Shown: piece after piece, positions 1 through 8,953 of the stretch | How the letters are laid out: the number at the start of each line of letters is the position of its first letter | How positions within the stretch are numbered: the first letter of the stretch is position 1 | Source: a virus | Length of the DNA: 64,000 nt | Reading direction: 5' to 3' (one strand) | IMG/VR virus record: IMGVR_UViG_3300033146_000857 | Span: 1-64,000 of that record | The notes under the pieces: generated by a model | Told to the model about the DNA's origin: nothing | The model's database searches: none | What the model saw: the letters and a program-made list of their open reading frames with translations, nothing else | Program-made: the position numbers and the translations under genes

Positions 1-21
1 TTTTCTTTATAGGAGAAAGCC

Positions 22-603
22 ATGGAATTAATTAGAGAACCAGGAGCTATATTTAGACGAGAATGCTGGAGAGATAGTTTAACTTTAAACTATGAGCGTG
101 GTGAGTTTATCTATAGACGCAATGGAAATAAAGAAGGTAGACCTTCAAGTACAATGCTTAAGGTTGGAGATTTTATAAGACTAGATAAAAAAATTGGAGA
201 AACAAAAATGAAAGATTTAAACTACATTGGAAAAGACTACTCATTAGTAACACTATCTGGAAGAAATACATTTCATAAGGCGGACATTAGTCTTGATCTT
301 AAAGAGGGTGACTTAGTTGTTGTAGAGTTTAACTCTGGTTTTCAAGTTTGTAAGATTAAAAATATCTGTGGAGAACTTATAGACAATCTTGAAGACTATA
401 CTGACGGTAAGTCTTGGGTAGTGGATAAAGTGTCTACAGAAGCTCATGAACTTCGTAAGAGTAATACAGAAAGAAAGAATTTAATTCTTAGAGAACTTCA
501 TAGACGTAAGAAAGAAACTAGTGAGATAGAGCTTTTTGAGGTAATGGCTAGTTCAGACAATGTGGCTAAGAGTCTATTAGCCGAATTTAAGAAACTTATT
601 TAA
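22..603 (+). CDS. hypothetical phage protein
   Basis: 193-aa ORF with AGGAG RBS; a second RBS and ATG near 208 may be the true start. Confidence 0.6.
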   Translation: MELIREPGAIFRRECWRDSLTLNYERGEFIYRRNGNKEGRPSSTMLKVGDFIRLDKKIGETKMKDLNYIGKDYSLVTLSGRNTFHKADISLDLKEGDLVVVEFNSGFQVCKIKNICGELIDNLEDYTDGKSWVVDKVSTEAHELRKSNTERKNLILRELHRRKKETSEIELFEVMASSDNVAKSLLAEFKKLI

Positions 604-615
604 TAAGGGAATAAT

Positions 616-1101
616 GTGAGACAACTAATTGCCTTACTAATGTTAATTCAATTTACACACGGATCAGATTTGGAGTCACTACAAGCTGCGTATAGTCAAT
701 TTAGTGCTAAACAAAAAGGTGTTTTAAAAAAATCTTATGCCTATGGCAAAGAGTTTAACTTAGGTTATACTCTTTCAGCTATAGCTTGGATAGAGTCTTC
801 AGCCGGTTTATACAAGATTAATCTAGGTTCTAAAGACTGTGGTACTTATCAAAAAAATATGCCATACTACCTTAAATCTCAAGATATACTTAAAACAAGT
901 TTCAACTATAATAGACTTTGCCAAAGATTTGTTGATGATCAGGAGTTTGCCGCAGCAGTAGCCGTTACGGACTTGCTTTACTGGAAAAGAGGCAACACTT
1001 GGTGGACCACTTGGAAAAGCTATCATTGCGGCTATGGCCAATGTCATAGCTATGCTAAAGAAATCTGGCTTAGAATTCAGGTACTTAAGAAAGTTTTGTA
1101 A
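616..1101 (+). CDS. exported lysozyme-like / SLT transglycosylase
   Basis: Signal-peptide-like N-terminus; AIAWIESS catalytic-Glu motif, a DCGTYQ segment and a late YHCG motif typical of SLT folds. Confidence 0.65.
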   Translation: MRQLIALLMLIQFTHGSDLESLQAAYSQFSAKQKGVLKKSYAYGKEFNLGYTLSAIAWIESSAGLYKINLGSKDCGTYQKNMPYYLKSQDILKTSFNYNRLCQRFVDDQEFAAAVAVTDLLYWKRGNTWWTTWKSYHCGYGQCHSYAKEIWLRIQVLKKVL

Positions 1102-1799
1102 TGGCTGAATTTATAGACCTATTTGAACTAACTAAAGATATGGACTGTAAGTTCAACTTTACCTTACCTGAGGCTTCTAAGTGGATTGAGTCAGATGTTT
1201 ACTGCTTTCTATATGGTAGAGCTGCCTTAAATCAGTCTAGTCCTAGATGTACGCAAGATTGGAGAGAGACTAAGACTTTAAAACATGGAAGAAACACAAT
1301 AAAGAAAAGACTAAAAAGACAAGATGCTGTTAAACCTGTTAAGACTAGGCAAGATTGGAGAACAAGTAGAAACTACCAGCCAGGATATAGAACTCTAGCT
1401 GAAAAAGGTATTAAAGATTGGAGAAAAACCAAAGTTAAGCTTCCTGGAGAAAAAGAAAAAAGTGTTCTAATGCCCTATGGATACAGGGGAGCAGACTTTA
1501 AGCCCGTGGTTGGATTTAATCCTGTCTATGCAGCTAGAAAACAGGCTTACTGTTACTACTTTGCAGGAGAGTTCTATTGTTTTGGCTGGGCTAGAGCTCG
1601 AAACTTCATAGATGTTACTGACGTGCTAATGGGCCGCTGTGACTGGCCAATAGACTTAAGATCAATAATGTATGACTTTAACCTAGATTTAAGTTACCTT
1701 GGGGCTTATCCTTTTTTAGCTTACTGTGTAAGAAAACACATAAGAATACTTAAGTATCAACACTATGTTGATTACTTATCAAAAGGGTTTGCACTATGA
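1101..1799 (+). CDS. hypothetical basic protein with three DWR repeats
   Basis: 232-aa ORF coupled to neighbours by TAATG/ATGA overlaps. Confidence 0.6.
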   Translation: MAEFIDLFELTKDMDCKFNFTLPEASKWIESDVYCFLYGRAALNQSSPRCTQDWRETKTLKHGRNTIKKRLKRQDAVKPVKTRQDWRTSRNYQPGYRTLAEKGIKDWRKTKVKLPGEKEKSVLMPYGYRGADFKPVVGFNPVYAARKQAYCYYFAGEFYCFGWARARNFIDVTDVLMGRCDWPIDLRSIMYDFNLDLSYLGAYPFLAYCVRKHIRILKYQHYVDYLSKGFAL

Positions 1800-3148
1800 T
1801 AGAAACTTCACCTAGAACACCATTACCAAGCTTACCAGACATTTTAGACGGTAATCTAGACCTATGGGAGCCTCAACAGCTGAAATACTTAGATGGTAAT
1901 AATAGCTGGCCTAGTCTGGTCAATGAGCCGATAAGCTATGTTGTAGCCTATAGAGAAATTCCATTTGTAGAAGCCTATCATTTTGAGGACACTGGAGCTT
2001 TGATTGAAAGTTCTAATACGGTTGACTTTAATATAAGTCTAGGAAAGTTCTACTATAAGGGAACAGAAATAGACTTAAGTAAAGATTTTCAACTTATGGA
2101 GGATGAACTTATAATACTTAAAGCTAGAACTCCCGGCTATTACGTTTGGACAAGAATTAACGACTTTGGGGATTTTAAGATAAATAATGGAAAATTAACC
2201 AATCGTAAGTCTATGGCTGGTACAGATGAGACTTTTATTAGTCTATGGCCAAAGAATAGAGACTATAGTTTAACTAGTTCTATTGAGGATAAGGTTTTCA
2301 GCTCAGCAGCTATACCCGTGTCTGGATTTTTAAAAACTACCGAAGATAGGCCGCTTACTTATCCTGAGTACACCCTTACAGATGAGGAAAGACTCATATT
2401 AGAAGAAAGTAACAGTTTTCTTGACTATAAGGATTCTTTTCCTTATAATAGTAGCGATGGTCAAGTAGTTACAATAGCACAAGAGTTTGAAAGACTAAAA
2501 GCTTTTGTTCTTTGGAACAATGTGTTCTACTGGTGTAATCTGTCATTTAAAAAAAGACATTATACTGAAGAAGCTATACCAGACGTACCTTGGGCTGGTA
2601 TTAGAGAAATAATATTCTCAAGGGTAGACAGTACTCCAGATCCAAGTAACCCTGAGGTTAATATAGCTTATATTTGGGTAGAGGCCAGTTCAGTTAACAG
2701 ATATTTAAGTTTTTTTTGTGACTCTGCTGGGTCGTATAATCAAAATAGAGTTACTATATCTTTTAATGGAACTACACGGTCAACTGATTACTCTGGCCAT
2801 ACTGGGATATATTCTAGTGCTTCCGGATGGTTAGAGATTAAACAGGCTTACCCAAATGCTATATTAACAGGCTTAAGACAAGTCAGTACTCATAGACATA
2901 AACTCAGATCTTATGAATATGGACACTATGATCAGTTAGTTTCCAGTTTTGGACAACTAAGAACAATGCCTCTTTTGGACTATCCATCTAAGAGAATACC
3001 AGCCTTTAAGACTATAAAAAATTATACTCAAGAAATAGACTATAACATAGACACTAAGTCTATAACCCCTACAGGTAGAGTTAAATCTTGGGGAACAAAA
3101 TTACTACCAGTTAAAAAGTTTAATAAGCATGCAGAAGAGTCAGTCTAA
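1796..3148 (+). CDS. hypothetical protein, possibly virion-associated
   Basis: 450-aa aromatic/beta-rich ORF with no recognised motif. Confidence 0.55.
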   Translation: MIETSPRTPLPSLPDILDGNLDLWEPQQLKYLDGNNSWPSLVNEPISYVVAYREIPFVEAYHFEDTGALIESSNTVDFNISLGKFYYKGTEIDLSKDFQLMEDELIILKARTPGYYVWTRINDFGDFKINNGKLTNRKSMAGTDETFISLWPKNRDYSLTSSIEDKVFSSAAIPVSGFLKTTEDRPLTYPEYTLTDEERLILEESNSFLDYKDSFPYNSSDGQVVTIAQEFERLKAFVLWNNVFYWCNLSFKKRHYTEEAIPDVPWAGIREIIFSRVDSTPDPSNPEVNIAYIWVEASSVNRYLSFFCDSAGSYNQNRVTISFNGTTRSTDYSGHTGIYSSASGWLEIKQAYPNAILTGLRQVSTHRHKLRSYEYGHYDQLVSSFGQLRTMPLLDYPSKRIPAFKTIKNYTQEIDYNIDTKSITPTGRVKSWGTKLLPVKKFNKHAEESV

Positions 3149-3163
3149 AGTTCATTTAATCGT

Positions 3164-3177
3164 ACTTAGTATATAAT
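3164..3177 (+). promoter_or_regulatory. putative promoter, ACTTRNKATATAAT class
   Basis: acttagtatataat, intergenic, upstream of the AAGGAG RBS of 3200; motif recurs elsewhere. Confidence 0.6.
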
Positions 3178-3199
3178 AATAAACTTAAAGGAGATTACA

Positions 3200-3838
3200 A
3201 TGGCTGATACAGGTATACTACTTCGTGGTAGTACTCATGAAGACATAATGGCAGATAAGCCAATACACAGAGAGGTCTGTGTAACCGAGAAAGGTCTAGT
3301 CATAGGCTATGACAGTGGCTCTGGTATTGATGTTAAGACCTTAAATTTAGAAGTACTAGCTAAGATAGGTAAGGTGGCTGAAGATGGGGCTGTAGAAGAA
3401 GGCTTGAAGACTAGTCAAATACCAATTATTTTTGATGGTCTAGGCGATATAAAAGTTACTGATGATTTTCTTACTCTTAGAGACTCTCATAAGCTTTCAA
3501 CAACTCTTAGATTTATCAAAAGTGTTTCTTATAATGGTATTACCCTTACAGACTTAGGTGATCCAGAGACTACTAGGTATGTTTCTTGGAAAGCTCTAGA
3601 AGCTATTTCAGGCTTAGCTTCTCCAGAACTGAATTTACCAACGACCACTAAGGTCAACATTGATCAAGTAGTAGGCACAGTTGAAGTTGTTGATGAGGCT
3701 GAACTTTCCTTGGGAACTTTAACAGCCATAGGCGAGCTAACCTTTAGTACTCCTCAAATAGTAGGTGCTAAGATATATGCTTATAACATAGATGAACATA
3801 AAAATAAATCAAATAGAGTATCAATACTGATACCATAA
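3200..3838 (+). CDS. putative fibre/structural protein with Mtd-N-like N-terminus
   Basis: ILLRGS...HREVCVTEKGLVIGYD resembles the N-terminal RG...GE...L.IG.G motif of phage fibres; weak similarity. Confidence 0.35.
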   Translation: MADTGILLRGSTHEDIMADKPIHREVCVTEKGLVIGYDSGSGIDVKTLNLEVLAKIGKVAEDGAVEEGLKTSQIPIIFDGLGDIKVTDDFLTLRDSHKLSTTLRFIKSVSYNGITLTDLGDPETTRYVSWKALEAISGLASPELNLPTTTKVNIDQVVGTVEVVDEAELSLGTLTAIGELTFSTPQIVGAKIYAYNIDEHKNKSNRVSILIP

Positions 3839-3847
3839 GGAAACAAG

Positions 3848-4201
3848 ATGAAGAAAGAAAATGCTTATACTAAGCTAGCTGATGGGTTTACTCAGATAGG
3901 TCAAGCTTTTAATGACATAAATGAAGATACAGAGAACCCACCTTCAGTAAAGATTATAGTTATGCAGATAGCTAATAAAATGAACTTGGGTGATGCAGAG
4001 TTAACAGAGCTTATTGGTTTTTTACAATACTGTACAGCTAATGATGACCTGGATATGAAAAAGTTAACTAAAGAGTTATCTACAGGTGCTGCTGAGGAAG
4101 AGGCTAAGGAAACTTTAGAAACTAAAGAGTTATCTACAGGTGCTGCTGAGGAAGAGGCTAAGGAAACTTTAGAAACTAAACCAGACACAACTGAAGAGTA
4201 G
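3848..4201 (+). CDS. hypothetical acidic protein with a duplicated 18-aa segment
   Basis: 117-aa ORF with RBS. Confidence 0.65.
   Translation: MKKENAYTKLADGFTQIGQAFNDINEDTENPPSVKIIVMQIANKMNLGDAELTELIGFLQYCTANDDLDMKKLTKELSTGAAEEEAKETLETKELSTGAAEEEAKETLETKPDTTEE
4066..4180 (+). repeat. perfect 54-bp tandem duplication (2 units + 7 bp)
   Basis: aactaaagagttatc...aactttaga starts at 4066 and 4120; encodes TKELSTGAAEEEAKETLE twice. Confidence 0.95.
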
Positions 4202-4205
4202 CTGT

Positions 4206-4448
4206 ATGAACATATTTGAGCTTTGTCCTAAAGGTATGGTTACTGGAGAAAATTGTAAAAAACTTATTTGCCAGTACAAAAATACGAGAGGGCAATGCTC
4301 ACTTATGGGAGCTACAGAAGATAGAGAATACTCTATCGAAGAGATTGCTGAAATTCTTCAAATATCTAGACATAGAGTCTGGAGAATTTACAACAATGTC
4401 TTGGATAAGTTAAAGACCGTCACAAATGAATTTAACTGGGGTAACTAA
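4206..4448 (+). CDS. stand-alone sigma-70 region-4.2-type HTH with an N-terminal 4-Cys segment
   Basis: YSIEEIAEILQISRHRVWRIYNNVLDKLK matches the sigma region 4.2 pattern TLEEIG..L.ISRERVRQI...AL.KL. Confidence 0.7.
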   Translation: MNIFELCPKGMVTGENCKKLICQYKNTRGQCSLMGATEDREYSIEEIAEILQISRHRVWRIYNNVLDKLKTVTNEFNWGN

Positions 4449-5182
4449 TGCCTCGGTTAAATCTACCTTTATTAGAAATTCCTGAAAATAGAATTGTTAC
4501 TAGTCCTACTAATAAAGGATTAACCCCTAGTGTTAATCTAACTGGACTCAACTTGTTTAAGCCTTTTGGTGAAGACATAGTTGATCTAGGAGTACTCTTC
4601 ACTGAAAAACGCTATGAGGTTATAGGCGAAAAAGAACAAACCTCAGAGTGTTCTGATAAATGTCCAGAAGGTATGTATTGGGATTGCTCGGAAGGTCGAT
4701 GTAAGGCATACTCGAGCTATACGGCCACAAAGATTATAGACACCTATGAAGTTATTTTTGAGACTGGAGATGGAACTAAGGCCTATAATATAGAAGGTCT
4801 AAGAGGGTCAATAGATCCTTATGACTTTGGGTATGGACCTCCACAGCCTTGGTCAAGAACAACTCCAACATTAGAAGAACTTTTCTTTATAAATACTACT
4901 GAACAAAGATGTCATGACGTTTCTCCATCTGAAGAGCACCTAGCTCATGGAGCTCAGCCTGATGCGATAGCCTTAAGTACAGAAAGCTTAAATAGCTCTA
5001 GTTACGAGCTAGTAGTAGATAATTTTGGTTATGAGTATAATAGATGCTATGTTGGGTCTGCTTGGGACTATATGAATTTTAGTATGAATATAACTATTCC
5101 AGGAGAAGAGGGCCATAATGGGTCAAATGGTATATATAAGTATACTCATAGATTTAGTGTAACAGTCAAGGGCAATAAATAA
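4448..5182 (+). CDS. family-1 paralog A (constant N-terminus, Cys hinge, variable C-terminus)
   Basis: Shares TNKGL, FKPFG and CSDKCPEGMYWDCSEGRCK with 5182..5988; C-termini unrelated. Confidence 0.75.
   Translation: MPRLNLPLLEIPENRIVTSPTNKGLTPSVNLTGLNLFKPFGEDIVDLGVLFTEKRYEVIGEKEQTSECSDKCPEGMYWDCSEGRCKAYSSYTATKIIDTYEVIFETGDGTKAYNIEGLRGSIDPYDFGYGPPQPWSRTTPTLEELFFINTTEQRCHDVSPSEEHLAHGAQPDAIALSTESLNSSSYELVVDNFGYEYNRCYVGSAWDYMNFSMNITIPGEEGHNGSNGIYKYTHRFSVTVKGNK
4649..4706 (+). repeat. 58-bp perfect direct repeat, copy 1 (copy 2 at 5377-5434)
   Basis: tgttctgataaatgtccagaaggtatgtattgggattgctcggaaggtcgatgtaagg is identical in both genes. Confidence 0.95.
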
Positions 5183-5988
5183 TGCCTAGTATAATATTAC
5201 CTCCATTCACCTTAGATGATGACCTTGTAGTAACCTCTAACACGAATAAGGGGTTAATTATACCTCCCACAATGCCAAATATCTTCAAACCTTTTGGAAA
5301 AAATCCAACTAGACTTAATATCAAGTATGCTACTAGTAAGTATGAAATTTTGGGTGATGTTCCAGATACTACTAAATGTTCTGATAAATGTCCAGAAGGT
5401 ATGTATTGGGATTGCTCGGAAGGTCGATGTAAGGAATACAGTAGTTATGTTTATTCTTTTACAGAAACTAGGATATGCTTAAAAGCTGTAAGTGTGGAGT
5501 GGACAGGCGGATCATACTCTGGAGAAGGAGAAATTCAGGAAGATAACGAAACTTATGGCTATGCTTATGAACAAGTGGATAAAACAGTCACTATGCCTGG
5601 ACATTACACGGATTTTATGATGATCGGGTATAAACCTGTTCCAGACCACGTACGTAGCGCCGTTCCAGACTTTTCACAGTCGGGTATGTTAACACTACTA
5701 GATATCTATGACTATCACTATGACCCTAGAGACTATCTTACCTATGGCTTAGTAGAGCTACCAGAGTTTCTTTTGGGCAAAGATATTACTCCTGGTAGTC
5801 AACCTGGAGCCCCACTAGCTAAAGGTGTCTATCAACAGACTGTAGATAAATTTAGTGTTGCTGGGCTACCTTTATATGAATGTGAACAAGGCGGAGATGA
5901 CCTATTCTCTGAGTATTGCTCAGGACCCCTGACCTGGGCAGCTAAAATACAAAATAACTGGCTTTTTAATGTCTATGGAGTCAAATAA
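5182..5988 (+). CDS. family-1 paralog B
   Basis: See paralog A; TAATG coupling. Confidence 0.75.
   Translation: MPSIILPPFTLDDDLVVTSNTNKGLIIPPTMPNIFKPFGKNPTRLNIKYATSKYEILGDVPDTTKCSDKCPEGMYWDCSEGRCKEYSSYVYSFTETRICLKAVSVEWTGGSYSGEGEIQEDNETYGYAYEQVDKTVTMPGHYTDFMMIGYKPVPDHVRSAVPDFSQSGMLTLLDIYDYHYDPRDYLTYGLVELPEFLLGKDITPGSQPGAPLAKGVYQQTVDKFSVAGLPLYECEQGGDDLFSEYCSGPLTWAAKIQNNWLFNVYGVK
5377..5434 (+). repeat. 58-bp perfect direct repeat, copy 2
   Basis: Identical to 4649-4706. Confidence 0.95.
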
Positions 5989-6178
5989 TGCCCCGTATAA
6001 CATTACCTCCATTCACCCTAGATGATGACTTAATAATAGCCTCTAACATGAATAGCTATTCATACACCAACTTTACTTAGGGTGTTTAAACCTTTTGGAA
6101 ATAAACCAAACTAGACTTAATATCAAGTATGCTACTAATAAGTATGAACTTTTGGGTGATGTTCCAGATACTACTAAT
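5988..6178 (+). pseudogene. family-1 paralog C, degraded
   Basis: Starts MPRITLPPFTLDDDL like paralog B; indels give an early TAG; 6112-6178 is nearly identical to B 5310-5375 and similarity ends just before the Cys hinge. Confidence 0.8.
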
Positions 6179-6311
6179 TTTCCCGCCTATGCACAGGTTA
6201 GTACTATGAGTTTAAGTATGACTCAAATAACCTTTTCACCTAATGCTGTTGGACCAAATTGTTAGCAATAACTTGTTCTAGCCTTAAGAAGATTTAAGAT
6301 CCCAGTCACAA

Positions 6312-6325
6312 ACTTGTTATATAAT
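6312..6325 (+). promoter_or_regulatory. putative promoter
   Basis: acttgttatataat preceded by spaced TTAAG boxes; identical core at 12598. Confidence 0.7.
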
Positions 6326-6351
6326 TAGAGTATCAAAAATAAGGATATAAG

Positions 6352-7080
6352 ATGATAACAGACTTAGACAGTGCTAACAATACGGAGCATAACCGTTCTG
6401 GGAGCTATAACCTGATTAACACAGATGATGTACTTAGTAAACTTACAGATACTGGCTGGACAATAGCATCGGCCTCTGAAAAGATGGTAAGAGTTATGGA
6501 AAACATTGGTAAACAATTTCACATTATTAAACTAGAACACCCCGACTTGTATGTTGGTGATGATCCTATAAACTTAGTGTTTTCAAATAGTCATGATGGC
6601 AAGAACGCTGCTAAGTTTAGACTTGGGCTATTTAGAATGGTTTGTAGCAATGGCCTGGTCGCGGGCGATGAACTAGTTCCTAGTATATCAGTACCTCATG
6701 CACAAAAACAAATTTCAAAAGCCATAGACATGGTAATAAATTACATGATTAGTAAAGCCTCAGATATGCACGAGGTGGTTCAGGTAATGCAAAAGACAAA
6801 ATTACTTGAAGACCAAAAGAAGCAGCTAGCACGTGAAGCTCTTATGATTAAGGGTTTTAAGGATGTTAATGACTTTCAAATTGACAGTGTTCTTATAGCC
6901 AACAGACCTGAAGATGAGGGAGATGACTTATGGAGAACTTACAACACGGTTCAAGAGTCAATTGAAAATGGCCTGTACATGCTTGATGAGGCTGGCAAGG
7001 GTCGTGTTATAAAGAGTGAAGTCAAGAAGCTTGATTTTAATACCAAGTTATTTGATACTGCAGTAAGGCTGGCTGCATAA
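6352..7080 (+). CDS. DUF932/DUF945-family protein
   Basis: NSHDG...GLFRMVCSNGLV and DLWRTYNTVQE motifs. Confidence 0.85.
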   Translation: MITDLDSANNTEHNRSGSYNLINTDDVLSKLTDTGWTIASASEKMVRVMENIGKQFHIIKLEHPDLYVGDDPINLVFSNSHDGKNAAKFRLGLFRMVCSNGLVAGDELVPSISVPHAQKQISKAIDMVINYMISKASDMHEVVQVMQKTKLLEDQKKQLAREALMIKGFKDVNDFQIDSVLIANRPEDEGDDLWRTYNTVQESIENGLYMLDEAGKGRVIKSEVKKLDFNTKLFDTAVRLAA

Positions 7081-7217
7081 TGTTCATACTTATTGCCGAT
7101 GGTTCTGTTATAGCCTCTGGTTCATTAGATAAACTAGAGGCCTTACAAACTGAGACTAAATTTTATACTATAGAGGACTCAAAAGGCTGTATAGTAAGTT
7201 ATAAGGATAGAAGATAA
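7080..7217 (+). CDS. small hypothetical protein (45 aa), not in the ORF track
   Basis: MFILIADGSV...KDRR; TAATG overlap at both ends. Confidence 0.55.
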   Translation: MFILIADGSVIASGSLDKLEALQTETKFYTIEDSKGCIVSYKDRR

Positions 7218-7627
7218 TGTATATATGTAAGAATTGTAAAACAGAGATGACTTGTCTAAAGAATGGCTTTGGTGCTAGATGGCATGAAGCTCATTACTAT
7301 GCTGGAGATCTTTATAAGTGTAAAAGATGTGGTACTGAAATTATAGCTACCGATTCTACACCTATACAAAGTACTGATGACCCTGGGATAGACATGACAA
7401 GTCCTATAGCTTACCATGAACCTGAAGAGAGCGTTTATAATCTTGGTGAAAAAATATACATTCGTGTAGGAGCTTATGGTATTGATGATATAGAAATAAC
7501 TGAGTCTATGCCTATTAATGTTAAGTTGGCTAATGGTAGAAGTTATCCAAATTTACAAACAGCCTATGAAAAAGAGAATAGAATCTGGATATTACAAGAA
7601 GAGCTGCAGGAGTTAGTAAATGAGTAA
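7217..7627 (+). CDS. zinc-ribbon protein
   Basis: CKNC and CKRC pairs; C-terminal part resembles 7843..8043. Confidence 0.65.
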   Translation: MYICKNCKTEMTCLKNGFGARWHEAHYYAGDLYKCKRCGTEIIATDSTPIQSTDDPGIDMTSPIAYHEPEESVYNLGEKIYIRVGAYGIDDIEITESMPINVKLANGRSYPNLQTAYEKENRIWILQEELQELVNE

Positions 7628-7850
7628 AATGGCTAAAACTGACTCAGACTGGGAGAGAAAACTTCTAGAAGTAGAGGAACTACTAATCAAGTTTAATATC
7701 GTTATATCAGTTAAAGATATATCGATAGACGGAATGGATTTTAATTTAGTAGGTCCAGAAATTGGCTCCGGTTACAATGATCATACTGAGGACCTGCCTA
7801 GATGGTCAGACGATATAAGACTATATTTAAAGGAGTCGGAAGATGACTAA
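7620..7850 (+). CDS. hypothetical protein
   Basis: ORF with RBS, overlapping its neighbours. Confidence 0.6.
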   Translation: MSKMAKTDSDWERKLLEVEELLIKFNIVISVKDISIDGMDFNLVGPEIGSGYNDHTEDLPRWSDDIRLYLKESEDD

Positions 7851-8043
7851 CCTACATGCACCACTAGCCTGGCAGTACACTGAGAATGGAAAGAGATACA
7901 TAAAGATAGGTCCAAGGAAACAGTTTGACCTTGAGTATGTTTCTAACTGTTTAGGTGAAGCTATTATAGTGCAGACTAGAAAGAGATACAAGTCTTTAGA
8001 AGAGGCTTATGAGAAAGAGAACTTAGTTTACCAACAAAAATAA
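7843..8043 (+). CDS. hypothetical protein
   Basis: ORF with AAGGAG RBS; ends ..AYEKEN.. like 7217..7627. Confidence 0.6.
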   Translation: MTNLHAPLAWQYTENGKRYIKIGPRKQFDLEYVSNCLGEAIIVQTRKRYKSLEEAYEKENLVYQQK

Positions 8044-8079
8044 ATTAAGTATAAATCACAAATAATTCAAGGAGACCAA

Positions 8080-8316
8080 ATGACAGAACAAGATTTACAC
8101 TTGTTTGATACTTATGAAAGTACAAAACACGGAGAAGTTGTTTTAAGAGACATAGGAATATACGATGGAATAAAATCATACCATTTCTTTTCACTGGGAT
8201 ATAATGAGCATCTATACTGGGGTAAAAAACAACTCAAGAGTAATCTTAAAGAGTTTGAGTTTGAAGATACTAGAAAGAAAAAAGACTGGGTAAAACCAAC
8301 AACAATGGAGGCTTAG
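8080..8316 (+). CDS. hypothetical protein
   Basis: ORF with AAGGAG RBS. Confidence 0.6.
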   Translation: MTEQDLHLFDTYESTKHGEVVLRDIGIYDGIKSYHFFSLGYNEHLYWGKKQLKSNLKEFEFEDTRKKKDWVKPTTMEA

Positions 8317-8317
8317 C

Positions 8318-8497
8318 ATGTATGTTTTAATCATGTTCTTGTCTTTGTCCAGTTGGGAAGCTGGTGGAGTGTCTATGCAGGAGTTTAATACTTATGAAAG
8401 TTGTATTTCAGCAAAGCAACAGGTTCTTAAACAGATTGAGGTTCCTAGAAGAGGCAGTAAAATTACGGTAAAGATACTTACCTGTGTTAAAAAATAA
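8318..8497 (+). CDS. small exported/membrane protein (59 aa), not in the ORF track
   Basis: MYVLIMFLSLSSW...ESC...TCVKK; GGAGG RBS; hydrophobic N-terminus and two Cys. Confidence 0.6.
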   Translation: MYVLIMFLSLSSWEAGGVSMQEFNTYESCISAKQQVLKQIEVPRRGSKITVKILTCVKK

Positions 8498-8507
8498 AGG
8501 ATAGAAA

Positions 8508-8714
8508 ATGGCAGCAGTACAGAGTAGTAATATCAGCGATATTACTTACATAGAGTCAGAGCAAGAGTTATCAGTAGAGTTCAATAGTGGTTCTACGTAT
8601 GTATATCAAAAAGTACCTTCTGAAGTTCATGAAGCTTTAATGGAAGCTGATAGTCATGGTAAGTACCTAAATAGCCATATTAAGGGCAATTATGACTTTG
8701 AGAGACTAGATTAA
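8508..8714 (+). CDS. KTSC-domain protein
   Basis: VQSSNI..I.Y...L.VEFNSG.TY.Y..VP...LM.A.S.GKY pattern. Confidence 0.9.
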   Translation: MAAVQSSNISDITYIESEQELSVEFNSGSTYVYQKVPSEVHEALMEADSHGKYLNSHIKGNYDFERLD

Positions 8715-8953
8715 TGATTAGACTATCATCTAATGATAATAATAAGTTTATCTCTGGCAAGATAGTGATAGTAAAATTAACTCTTTCTTATCTAGAAGAT
8801 AACAAAGGGTTAATGATTGACGATATAGTCAAAGTCGGCTATACCAATCAAGATACACTAATGGGCACTATAGTCAGTCGTCATTTAATAGAGGACCATG
8901 AAACCACAGATCAATTTACAATAGCTTTAACTATCAAGAAAAATGAATGTTAG
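8714..8953 (+). CDS. hypothetical protein
   Basis: Coupled ORF. Confidence 0.5.
   Translation: MIRLSSNDNNKFISGKIVIVKLTLSYLEDNKGLMIDDIVKVGYTNQDTLMGTIVSRHLIEDHETTDQFTIALTIKKNEC

Noticed and set aside
4066-5434. CRISPR array
   Set aside because: The repeats are two-copy, in-frame and coding, with no repeat-spacer periodicity.
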